Positions 18,385-27,719 of a stretch of 64,000 bases of DNA are shown here, in pieces. The stretch's first letter is position 1; each line of letters starts with the position of its first letter. The notes under the pieces were generated by a model, which was not told the DNA's origin, did not search any database, and worked only from the letters and a program-made list of their open reading frames with translations. The stretch covers positions 64,825 through 128,824 of the forward strand of contig JAVVFY010000001.1 in the NCBI GenBank assembly GCA_032249395.1, written 5' to 3'. Source of the DNA: Candidatus Aenigmatarchaeota archaeon (lineage in GTDB: Archaea > Aenigmatarchaeota > Aenigmatarchaeia > CG10238-14 > SpSt-28). The translations under genes were made by a program, and so were the position numbers.

Positions 18385-20004
18385 ATGAGGGCTTTAATAT
18401 TTATCAACTACTATTTTTTTCTTTTATTATTTATAATTTCAGTTCCTGCTTTTTCAGAGTGTTCCGGAAATCTTCAGATGTCAATAATTCCTAATCACAT
18501 ATATGGAGATGGATGGTTTACTGATCCTACGTCGATACTACTTCATTTTAGTGGCTTTAGTGGATGCCAAGGAAAATACGTTAGAATAAAAATGCCATCA
18601 GTAGAGGGCAACAGTTGCGAAAGTGGTACTTTACTTTTACATTGCGGAAATGAAACATGTTCATTTTATGTTTCTCCTCCGAATAAGCCCGGAGAATACA
18701 AGTATTATGCTTGCATAGACATGAATGGAGACAACGATTATGATGATGAAGGAGAAAGAGCAGAAGCAACTTTAATAGTTGATTCATGTATGTTTGATGT
18801 AATGACTTTTGAATTATCTCCGTCTGAAGTTTATCCTTTAGTTGATGTTAGTGCTTATATTTATTTAGTTAAATGGATAAAGTGGAACGGATATATAACT
18901 CCTTCTAAACCTAATTGTACTGGTCAAAAGGCATACATAAAGGATTATAAAGGTTGTGACGAAGGATTGACTATAGCTGAATGCACATTTGATAAAAATG
19001 AATGTTTTGCGCAATTTAGAGCACCATCTCAAGCCGGCGAATATTTGTATTATGCTTGCTTTAAGGGTTCTTCTAAAAGCAAAATTTTAAAAGTAAAAGA
19101 GTATCCAACTCCAACCCCATCTTGCGAAGGCTCAGTCAACCTATCATTATCTCCAAATCCTTCTAAAATTTTAGAGAATATAACTGCAAACATAAGCGGA
19201 TTATCAAATTGCGACTGGAAGATAGCATACGTAAAAGATTATTTGGGTTGTACAAGCGGAGAGACAATTGCTAAATGTACTTTAGGTTCATCAGGTTGCG
19301 TAACTAATTTTACAGCTCCTTCTCAAGAAGGAGAATACGGATATTATGCCTGTATAGATAAAAATGGCGATCAAGACTTCAATGATTCTGGAGAACAAAG
19401 CAACAAAGAGGTTTTAATTGTAACGCTACCAGCAAAATATTGTAAAGACGTTAGACCAGACATATTTTTACCGACAAAAAGAGTAACTTCAGAATCTAGT
19501 TTAACAGTTTCCATATATTTCAGATGTTTTGATTGGAACGTAAGTGTCAAAGATTTGGAAATTTTGTTGAAAATAGATGATTATGAATGGGGAGAATGTT
19601 TCGTCAATAATAAAAAAATATTAAGCTATTTTGGTTGGGATGGTAGTTGCGATGAGAAAAAAGATGGTAGTTGCGGGAAAGATGGTGTTTGGGTTTGCGA
19701 TTCTACATTTACTTGCAAGCATAGAGATTATGATATATGGATATCTTCAAATTTTTCTGATTACTTTTTCAATTTATCATTTTTGTGCAAACTACCTTAC
19801 TTATCTTCCGGCTATCATACTTTAGGTGTTTATGTAAAAATTTACCACAGTGAAACTTACCTTAAAGACGGAAAGGTCGCTTTTTATGTAGAAAATAGGT
19901 GGAAGGAAAAAGTTATGGAAATTTTATATCGTCCAATAAATTTTGTTGGTAATTTTGTTAAAATTTTTATAAAGATTTTTAATTTTTCAAGTAATAATGT
20001 CTAA
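18385..20004 (+). CDS. Secreted Cys-rich surface protein with internal repeats
   Basis: A signal/anchor peptide, then three copies of a roughly 110-aa module ending APSQxGEYxYYAC(I/F)DxNGDxD..., plus a Cys/Trp-rich C-terminal domain. Confidence 0.7.
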   Translation: MRALIFINYYFFLLLFIISVPAFSECSGNLQMSIIPNHIYGDGWFTDPTSILLHFSGFSGCQGKYVRIKMPSVEGNSCESGTLLLHCGNETCSFYVSPPNKPGEYKYYACIDMNGDNDYDDEGERAEATLIVDSCMFDVMTFELSPSEVYPLVDVSAYIYLVKWIKWNGYITPSKPNCTGQKAYIKDYKGCDEGLTIAECTFDKNECFAQFRAPSQAGEYLYYACFKGSSKSKILKVKEYPTPTPSCEGSVNLSLSPNPSKILENITANISGLSNCDWKIAYVKDYLGCTSGETIAKCTLGSSGCVTNFTAPSQEGEYGYYACIDKNGDQDFNDSGEQSNKEVLIVTLPAKYCKDVRPDIFLPTKRVTSESSLTVSIYFRCFDWNVSVKDLEILLKIDDYEWGECFVNNKKILSYFGWDGSCDEKKDGSCGKDGVWVCDSTFTCKHRDYDIWISSNFSDYFFNLSFLCKLPYLSSGYHTLGVYVKIYHSETYLKDGKVAFYVENRWKEKVMEILYRPINFVGNFVKIFIKIFNFSSNNV

Positions 20005-20479
20005 GTTTTCTTGCTATTAAATTATCTAAACGAAAAGCTGTGATTAGTGTTGTTAAAGCATCATAGATTAGCTTTTTAGTATAGTTACCAACGTTTACAT
20101 ATTTTAAATCTATTTCATTTATACTCTTCCCCTCTATTATTCTTGCTCTTATAGAATGCAAATAGTCAGTAACTACAACTAATTCTTTTATTCCGTATCC
20201 CCTCTCTTCAAACTTCTTTAATATGATCTCTAAGTTTTGAAGGTTTTCTCTAGTAGTTGTAGATGATTTTTCTTCCATTATTTGATATCCATGTTTTTTT
20301 AACTTTTCTACCATCATTTTTACTTTTTTATCAACTATAGTATCATATCCACAAAAAATTATTATAGGTTTATTTCCCAAGGAACGTTCATAAATATAAA
20401 GTCTTATCGCCCCTAGAAGTCGGTTTTTTACTCTATCAAAATCGGATCCCAAAACTGCTATGATAGTTAGCATGTTCAT
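19979..20479 (-). CDS. DUF218/YdcF-like protein
   Basis: SSTTRENL and VVVTDYLHSIRA match the DUF218 pattern (S.tT.eNa ... vT...H..Ra). Confidence 0.6.
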   Translation of the reverse strand: MNMLTIIAVLGSDFDRVKNRLLGAIRLYIYERSLGNKPIIIFCGYDTIVDKKVKMMVEKLKKHGYQIMEEKSSTTTRENLQNLEIILKKFEERGYGIKELVVVTDYLHSIRARIIEGKSINEIDLKYVNVGNYTKKLIYDALTTLITAFRLDNLIARKLRHYYLKN

Positions 20480-20575
20480 AACTACTTTTAAGTAGTTTAA
20501 ATTTAAATGTCTCTCTTAATAAAGACATCAACAAATATTTAATATTTATTGGGAGAATTTTAGAATGGTGAGAAA

Positions 20576-22935
20576 ATGAAGTTAGAGCCTAAGCTTGAGG
20601 AAATAAGGTGGAATATAGCAAAAGAAAAGGAAATACTTGAAGAATGGGCCAAGAGAAAAGTTTATAAGTTTGAATTAAATAATAAAAAAGTCTTTTCTAT
20701 AGACACGCCACCTCCCTACCCGAGACCATTTTAAATGGCGGTAATGGGAGGCCGTGGCACGTAGGTGCAGCTTCTCACTACTCTCAAATAGATATGATTG
20801 CTAGAGCAGCTCGAATGTTAGGTTTTTCTGTTTATTTTCCAATTGGTATGGATAGGAATGGAATACCGGTAGAAAGATACGCAGAAAAGAGATTTAATAT
20901 AAACATAAATTCTACTCCACGAGAAGAATTCTTAAAGTATTGTAAGATGGCTCTAGATGAACTAGAAAAAGAAATGATTGAAATAATGAAAAGACTTGGA
21001 TTAAGCGGAGATTTTGATAATTATTATAGAACCGATAGCGAAGAATACAGAGCTTTAACACAAGCAACTTTTATCGAACTTTGGAATAAGGGTTTAATTT
21101 ATTTTGATACTCGACCAAACAACTATTGCCCAGTTTGTAAAACAACTATCGCTGATGCTGAAGTTGTTTATGAGGAATTGCCGACCAAATTGGTTTATAT
21201 TAAGTTTAGAACGACAGATAATGAAGAATTCATAGTAACAACCACAAGACCAGAACTTTTATGTGCATGCCAAGCGATTTTAGTTAATCCCGAAGATTCT
21301 AGATACAAGCATTTGGTTGGTAAAAAAGCATTAATTCCACTATATAATAGAGAGGTACCAATTTTGGCACATCCTATAGTTAAAATTGATTTTGGAAGCG
21401 GAATAGAAATGGTTTGCAGTTACGGTGATTATAATGATGTTATGCTATTTAGAGAGTTAGGTTTGAAGGAAATTGTATCAATAGATGAAGACGGAAGAAT
21501 GACGGAAGCTTCAGGGAAATATGCAGGTTTAAAAGTTGAAGAGGCTAGAGAAAAAATTATTGAAGATTTAACGAATGCAGGTCTCATTGTTAAGGTAGAT
21601 GAAATAATACACAGAGTACCCACTTGCGAGAGAAGCCACAACCCCATAGAAATAATTCCTATGCAAGAGATTTACTTAAAGCAAATAGAATTTAAAGATA
21701 AGATGATGGAAATTGGAAAAGAATTAGAATTTTTGCCAGAATTTCATAGACAACTTTTATTGAATTGGATAAATTCTATAACAAGGGATTGGCCTATATC
21801 TAGGAGAAGATATTATGCAACGGAAATCCCTATTTGGTATTGTAAGAAATGTGGCAAGCCGCATATTCCAAAACCAGGAAAATATTACATCCCTTGGAAA
21901 GAGAAAGCACCATTCGAGAAATGCGATAATTGCGGTTCGGGAGAATTTTACGGAGAAACAAGAACTTTCGATACCTGGTTCGATTCTAGTATAACACCCC
22001 TATTTATCTCTAAATTTGGTAAAGACGAGCAATTCTTCAATAGAGTTTTTCCTGTAACAGTGAGACCACAAGGAAAGGATATAGTTAGGACCTGGCTATA
22101 TTATACTTTACTAAGATGTTATCAATTAACTAATAAAAGGGCATTCGAAAAAGCATGGGTTAGTGGCTATTGTGTAGATGAAAAAGGAGAGAAGATGAGC
22201 AAAAGTAAAGGAAATGTTATTGATCCTGTTCCTTTAATTGAAAAGTATGGGGCCGATGCATTTAGATTTTGGAGTGCAAGCGAATCAAGCTTAGGCTTCG
22301 ACTTTAGAGCCAGCGAAAAAAGAGTAGAAAATGCATATAAATTTATAACAAAGCTATGGAATATAGCGAGATACGTTTCTCAATTCCCGATAATAGAAGA
22401 ATTTGATGAAACAAAACTTTTGCCTAGCGATAAATGGATTTTAAGCGAGTTAAGAATAGCATATGAGAAATGTATAGATGGCTATAAGAAGTTCAATTTT
22501 TTCATTCCTTCTAATTGTATGAGAGAGTTTCTATGGAACTTATTTGCTTCTAATTATGTAGAAATGGTTAAAAAGAGGGCCTATGGTGAAGGTTTTAGCA
22601 AAGAAGAGCAAAAAGCCGCGTGGTATACTTTACATAAAGTCATGAAAATTTCTTTAAAGCTACTCGCACCAATAATACCTTTTATAACTGAGTATATTTG
22701 GCTTAAGTTGTATAGCAAAGATAGCCTTCATACTCAAAAATTCGACGATAAGATAGAGGTGGAAGACTTTTCGAAATATACTTCCATTTTATTGGAGTTT
22801 AACTCGTTAGTGTGGAGAAAGAAAAAGGAGTTAGGCATTAGCCTAAAGGAGAGAATAAAAATTGAAATTCCCGAAGAGCTAAAGATATTTGAGAATGAAC
22901 TAAGAATTATGCATAATATTGATACTTCTACTTAG
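20576..22935 (+). CDS. valS: Valyl-tRNA synthetase, reading frame interrupted at the HIGH motif
   Basis: - N-terminal 49 codons read ...VFSIDTPPPYP, then TAA at 20732-20734.
- The rest continues in the -1 frame: GRPWHVGAASHYSQIDMIARAARM..., RPQGKDIVRTW, DTWFDSS, KMSKSKGNVIDP.
- The ORF track only shows 20794..22935. Confidence 0.85.
20723..20745 (+). other. Candidate 23-nt BHB-type intervening sequence in valS
   Basis: Removing agaccattttaaatggcggtaat restores the frame (CCG|GGG). The segment caps a GC-rich helix-bulge-4 bp helix-bulge hairpin (20707-20758). See findings. Confidence 0.4.
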
Positions 22936-23205
22936 TAATAACTTGTATCTAATTTTTTAGACGATCTCATCACCACTAGTTTATATCCATTTTGTGTTAT
23001 TAATAATCTTTAAATAGCACATTTTTAACTATAAAGAAGGTGATGGTATGGCTAAGAAGAAGAAAGAAGAAGAAAAGAAGGAAGAAACACAAACTGCTAC
23101 CACTCAATGAACCAAAATAAAAATCTAAACCAAAATACACCTTTTTACTTTCTTTTTTAGAGATAAAATAAAAAAAGAAAGAAAAAGAAAGCTTATTTTA
23201 ATTTC

Positions 23206-23322
23206 TTAGAATCTCAACACTCCAAAATACCACAATGCTAATACTACTAACACTAATACTACAACGGCCGCTACTGCCATTCCTGTTCTTGTTTGTAGGA
23301 ATTCAGTTAGTGTGTCCAACAT
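23206..23322 (-). CDS. Small membrane protein (38 aa)
   Basis: My translation: MLDTLTEFLQTRTGMAVAAVVVLVLVVLALWYFGVLRF*. It is preceded by aggtg and a ttttatac TATA-like box. Confidence 0.35.
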   Translation of the reverse strand: MLDTLTEFLQTRTGMAVAAVVVLVLVVLALWYFGVLRF

Positions 23323-23393
23323 ATACACACCTAAACATTTTTTGTAGGTTAAGTATAAAAAGATTACTAGAGATAATTTTTAAGCTAAAAGAA

Positions 23394-24371
23394 TTACTTC
23401 TCTCCCATTAGTTCTTTTTCCTTTTCTCTGATTTCACTTTCTATACCCAATTTGCTTACTATTTCTTTGAATCTGTTTCTTATTGTTACCTCTGTTATCC
23501 CCAAAGTATCCGCTATTTCTCTTTGTGTTCTTCTTTCTCCAACAAGAACGCTAGCTATGTAAATAACTGCAGCAGCAATTCCAGTAGGTCCCTTACCACT
23601 ACTTATTCCCGCTTTTTTGGCTTTTTTAAGAATCTCCAACGCTTTTGCTTGTACTTTGTCGCTTAATCCTAATGTAGTGCAGAACCTTGGAATAAAGCTT
23701 GCAGGATCAGCAGGCAAAATTCTAATTCCCAACTCCCTAGCTAAATATCTATAAGTCCTACCAACTTCCCTTTTACTTACGTTACAAACCTCTAAAATTT
23801 CTTCTAATGTCCTAGGAGAATTCATTTCTCTTGTAACCGCGTACGTTAGAGCAGCGATAACAGCTTCTATGCTTCTCCCCCTTATCAACCCTCTGTTAAC
23901 TGCCTCATTATAATACTTTGCTATTTTCTCATGAATTGCTCTGGATAAACCCAAAAATGAAACTACTCTTTGTAATTCTGATAGCGCATATGATAAATTT
24001 CTATCTTTACTTCTTATTAATCTCTTATGCCACTTTAACATTCTATAGTATTGGGTTCTTTTAGTTGGTGATACTTTATAAAGTTCTAAAACCCCTTTCC
24101 CAATCTCTGTGGTCAAACCCAAATCGTGTTTACTGAATGTTAATGGTGCACCACCTCTTGCTCTTCTTACCATTTGATCTGTATCAAAAGCTCTCCAATC
24201 TTGAGAGGTATCTATAAGACTCTCTTCAATGACATAACCACAATTTTGGCAAACAAGTTCCCCTCTAACCGGATCTTCAATAATATTATTACTACCACAC
24301 TCTGGGCAAGGTAGCCCAGCTTTTGTTTTAACTTTTGGTGATTCTATTTTCTTTTTTACCATATTTATCAC
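23394..24371 (-). CDS. tfb: Transcription initiation factor B (TFIIB homologue)
   Basis: An N-terminal Zn ribbon (CPECGS...CQNCG), two cyclin-fold repeats, and a helix-turn-helix (REIADTLGITEVTIRNR). Confidence 0.95.
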   Translation of the reverse strand: MINMVKKKIESPKVKTKAGLPCPECGSNNIIEDPVRGELVCQNCGYVIEESLIDTSQDWRAFDTDQMVRRARGGAPLTFSKHDLGLTTEIGKGVLELYKVSPTKRTQYYRMLKWHKRLIRSKDRNLSYALSELQRVVSFLGLSRAIHEKIAKYYNEAVNRGLIRGRSIEAVIAALTYAVTREMNSPRTLEEILEVCNVSKREVGRTYRYLARELGIRILPADPASFIPRFCTTLGLSDKVQAKALEILKKAKKAGISSGKGPTGIAAAVIYIASVLVGERRTQREIADTLGITEVTIRNRFKEIVSKLGIESEIREKEKELMGEK

Positions 24372-24453
24372 TTTTAAGTGGTTTTACACTACCTTTAAAA
24401 GTTTTGTATAGAAATCTATTTAAATATTTATACTGAAAGGATAAATTTACTTC

Positions 24454-24984
24454 ATGAAAGAATGGTTTTTATGCTTGATTGAGATAAAAGGGAATTTCTA
24501 TATAAATGTTGGAATTAGGAATAAGAGAATTTTTGTTCAACCGATTTTTTATCTTTTTATGAAAAAAGAAGACGCAAATGTTCTAAATGAACTTAAGAAA
24601 GAAGTTGGGGTGGGGGATATAGTAATAGGAAAAAATGCTTCATTTATTGTAAGGGGCTTCTCCAACGTTATTAAATTTATAGAAAGGATTAATGAAGAAA
24701 ACTTTATTACGAGTAAAAGAAGGGATTTTCGTTTATGGTTGGAGGCTATTAATTTGATAAAAGAGCAGAAACATATAACGAAGGAAGGTTTTCTAAGGAT
24801 TTGCGAAATTAGAGATAAAATGAACTTAAAAAAGAAAAAAAAGAATTACAAAGATAAGAAGTTTTTTGAAAAATTAATCGAGAAAGAAAATATAAAATTC
24901 GAAAACGAAGAAAGAAGAAAAAAGATTAGCAGAAGTTTAAGAGTTACTTGTGCTTTAAAAAAGAAGACTGTTAACGTTACTTAA
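24454..24984 (+). CDS. Free-standing single-motif LAGLIDADG homing-endonuclease-like protein, probably catalytically degenerate
   Basis: It matches the LAGLIDADG_1 pattern: WFLCLIEIKGNFYI ... LL..LKKEVGVGDI ... FITSKRRDFRLW ... KHITKEGFLRICEIRDKMN. The motif reads FLCLIEIKG, with Lys at the position of the catalytic Asp. Confidence 0.65.
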   Translation: MKEWFLCLIEIKGNFYINVGIRNKRIFVQPIFYLFMKKEDANVLNELKKEVGVGDIVIGKNASFIVRGFSNVIKFIERINEENFITSKRRDFRLWLEAINLIKEQKHITKEGFLRICEIRDKMNLKKKKKNYKDKKFFEKLIEKENIKFENEERRKKISRSLRVTCALKKKTVNVT

Positions 24985-25020
24985 AACTTATTTTGTTTGC
25001 AATCTTAATTTTAAATAGAA

Positions 25021-25121
25021 GCCCGGGTGGCCGAGTGGCGAGGCAACCGGCTGCAGACTGGTATTTTGATTGAATGATAGGTAAATACCGGTTTACAGGG
25101 GTTCGAATCCCCTCCCGGGCT
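25021..25121 (+). tRNA. tRNA-Cys (anticodon GCA) with a roughly 30-nt intervening sequence of ambiguous position
   Basis: Acceptor GCCCGGG/CCCGGGC with discriminator U73 (a Cys identity element), anticodon loop CTGCAGA, T arm AGGGG-TTCGAAT-CCCCT. About 30 extra nt (around 25057-25086) are flanked by the direct repeat AC(T/C)GGT. Confidence 0.8.
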
Positions 25122-25304
25122 ACACTTTTAGCTGCAGTTTTAACCAGAATAAAAAACCATTTTTAACTGAGGTGGTTTTGGGTTACATAGACAAATCAAA
25201 AAGTGTGAGGGAATTTCTCAGAATGATTTAAAAGAAAGATAACATACTAAATTGATTAAGACTAAGTAATTAATTATTGAGTAAGGAGTTCACTTTTCTC
25301 TATT

Positions 25305-25925
25305 ATGATAAAGAATTTAGTTTATATTTGTATATTTGTAAGTGTCATTTGGGTTATAGATATGGATGAATCAATTATAGATAACAAAAATGCAAAAGAA
25401 AATGACAAAGTACCGGAAGATAGAAAAGTAGAGCTACCAGGGTCAGAGGATATATGTTATTTGGCAGTGGAAAAAGCAACCCAACAAGCACTAACTATAC
25501 TTAATAATAATGCTGTAAGGTATACCTTACTAGATCTAACGACATGGAGAGACATATTAAAAAAATATGAGCCAGTAATACACTCTATTGGTGAGGATGT
25601 TAAAATAAAAGTATGTAGGAGTGGAATAACCCCAGAAGAAGCAAATAAAGAAACGCTTATAAGAATTGCCAAATATCTTAAAGAGGAAGTAGAGTATCTC
25701 CTAAGAAGATTAAAAGAAATAGAGAATAATATGATTAGTACGAGAAGATATGATGAATTTCTTCGATTATTTAGAAGAAGAGAAATTATATTGAGAGGTT
25801 TTGCATCTGTTAGAGAAACAGCTAAAGAACTTTACAGTAGTGTCGGATTACTTTATGAAGAAAATGAATCAAGAGAATATGTTGAAAGATACGAAAGAAT
25901 GTACAAGGAAATAGAAATAAAATAA
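25305..25925 (+). CDS. Hypothetical protein with N-terminal TM anchor
   Basis: 206 aa ORF with a hydrophobic N-terminus (LVYICIFVSVIWVI) and a helical, charged remainder. Confidence 0.5.
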   Translation: MIKNLVYICIFVSVIWVIDMDESIIDNKNAKENDKVPEDRKVELPGSEDICYLAVEKATQQALTILNNNAVRYTLLDLTTWRDILKKYEPVIHSIGEDVKIKVCRSGITPEEANKETLIRIAKYLKEEVEYLLRRLKEIENNMISTRRYDEFLRLFRRREIILRGFASVRETAKELYSSVGLLYEENESREYVERYERMYKEIEIK

Positions 25926-26125
25926 TAACTAAACTCTTTTAACACTTTATCTTTTCTTTATTTGTTTTTGATTTATTGTTGGTTTTTAATATAAAGAGAA
26001 GGAAGATTCATCTGTCGCTAGATAAAATGAAGCTTATTTTATTCCAATTGATATCTTAAATTAGTTTTTGAGAACAAAATAGACCACCGGCTTAATTAAC
26101 TCCAATTTGATGTTGGAATTTAACT

Positions 26126-27613
26126 CTATTTTAACCTTCTAAACTCTTCTATAACTCTGTTGGTAAGAACAGAATATGTTGATAGACAATTTTTAATCAT
26201 TTCTGCCCATCTATCATTATCGCCATAAATTTCTAAAGCCAATCTCGCCTTATCTTTCAAATTTTTTAAGTTGTTGTCGACGATAAATCCGTTGTATCCA
26301 TCTTTAACAAATTCAGAAACACTTCCTGCCGACGTGGTTATTGGAATTGTTCCATTCATCAACGCTTTCATAAAACTTGTTCCACTGGCCTCTCTTTCTG
26401 AATATGGGATGTTCAACCAAACATAACCTTTCAACAAGTTTTCTGCAGTTTCCAAATTATAGTTCAAAACATAAACTATTAGATATCCTGTTTTACTTAG
26501 TTTTTTAATTTCTTCTGTCATTCTTCTACCAGTTTCATCAATAGGAAAACCCGAAACTACCAAGTTTATTCCCAAATCCAAAAGAGAAAGAGTATATTCA
26601 GGTCTTTTGTATTCGGTCAATCTTTTTGCATAGATGTAACTTGGTTTTTTTGGATCGAAGTTTCCAAGGGCTTCTCTTCTTTCTATTTTATTCCCTATGT
26701 ATTCTTCAAAAGCTTTAATTTGTTTTTCTTTCGTTTTTATAATTTTTTCATTGCTTATCTCTTTAATTTTTTCTAAGCTTCTTACATCATGCTTCCAACC
26801 TGGTATTTCTTTGTCATAAAGTCTTTTCCATTCTTCTCCTATCCACTCTTTGCTTATCCCATTCGTTATATAATTTGTTTTAAAGGCAAATTCTGGATAT
26901 ATTTTTTCTTTTGTAATTTCGTAATGTTGCTTAGAAACGCAAATTATTCCTTTGGAAATTTCAGCTAGATATTTTCCTAAATTAATCATATCACCAACTC
27001 GAGCTATTTCTAGCTTTCTAATCTCATCTTCACTTAAAATGTCTAACAAATCATTAATTCTATAAGATTTATGCCCCCAAATCTCTGGAGTATGGGAGTG
27101 AAAATATATATTAGAGAAGGGGAAGAAAAGAGCTAGAAATGCTGTGTCGCTTTCGTTAAGATGTAATATATTAGGTGTTAAATTATTTTTTGTCAAAAAT
27201 TCTTTTGTAGCTAAAGCGAAACAATATCTAGTTTTTATTTCTTTTTTTGCATTCCCTTCTCCATAAACCGGATGATTAAAGCACTCTGAGTTCAAAAAGT
27301 AGGCCTTTGTATTTTCTGTGCTGAGGTTATGCTCGTAGACTTTAACGTTTATTTGTTCATCTTTTATCTGAATTTTAAATTCATCAACTAACTTCAAGTT
27401 CTCTTCAATTTTAAATTCTTCTACTTTGGTTACTATTTCGTTATATTCGTATTTTTGTTTTTCAATTTTCGAGTAAAGAGGAGAAAGAAAAATTTTCTTA
27501 TCATCATTAAACTCTCTCCATTCTAAAAAAAGGTCTCTTATTAGGCATCCTAACCCGCCTTTATGCGAACTATCAACTAAAGAATTTTCTAGGCTAGCTA
27601 TTACTCTTATCAT
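26126..27613 (-). CDS. Short alpha-glucan phosphorylase (GT35)-like glycosyltransferase
   Basis: N-terminal HKGGLGCLIRD and C-terminal EREASGTSFMKALMNG resemble the GGLG and EASGTS-MK (PLP-lysine) motifs of GT35. At 495 aa it is short for the family. Confidence 0.55.
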   Translation of the reverse strand: MIRVIASLENSLVDSSHKGGLGCLIRDLFLEWREFNDDKKIFLSPLYSKIEKQKYEYNEIVTKVEEFKIEENLKLVDEFKIQIKDEQINVKVYEHNLSTENTKAYFLNSECFNHPVYGEGNAKKEIKTRYCFALATKEFLTKNNLTPNILHLNESDTAFLALFFPFSNIYFHSHTPEIWGHKSYRINDLLDILSEDEIRKLEIARVGDMINLGKYLAEISKGIICVSKQHYEITKEKIYPEFAFKTNYITNGISKEWIGEEWKRLYDKEIPGWKHDVRSLEKIKEISNEKIIKTKEKQIKAFEEYIGNKIERREALGNFDPKKPSYIYAKRLTEYKRPEYTLSLLDLGINLVVSGFPIDETGRRMTEEIKKLSKTGYLIVYVLNYNLETAENLLKGYVWLNIPYSEREASGTSFMKALMNGTIPITTSAGSVSEFVKDGYNGFIVDNNLKNLKDKARLALEIYGDNDRWAEMIKNCLSTYSVLTNRVIEEFRRLK

Positions 27614-27719
27614 AGATTTTATTTTCCAGAAATATTAAATTTTTAAATTGAAAAATGTTTTTTAGAAGATTTTTAGGAAATTTTAGACACAGTAGCAAAA
27701 GTAAGTATAAAATAAAAAA

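Noticed and set aside
20684-20734. Programmed ribosomal frameshifting as the explanation for the valS frame break (A6 run at 20684-20689; UUU-UAA at 20729-20734).
   Set aside because: - A -1 slip on the A-run would lose the conserved FSIDTPPPYP segment.
- A +1 slip at UUU UAA enters a frame that stops after three codons.
- UUUUAAA is not in the register needed for a -1 shift from the valS frame.
23047-23109. A 20-codon ORF, MAKKKKEEEKKEETQTATTQ*, with an upstream TATA-like box and an aggtga motif.
   Set aside because: It is too short and too low-complexity to support as a gene from sequence alone. I note it only as a possible leader peptide or miniprotein.
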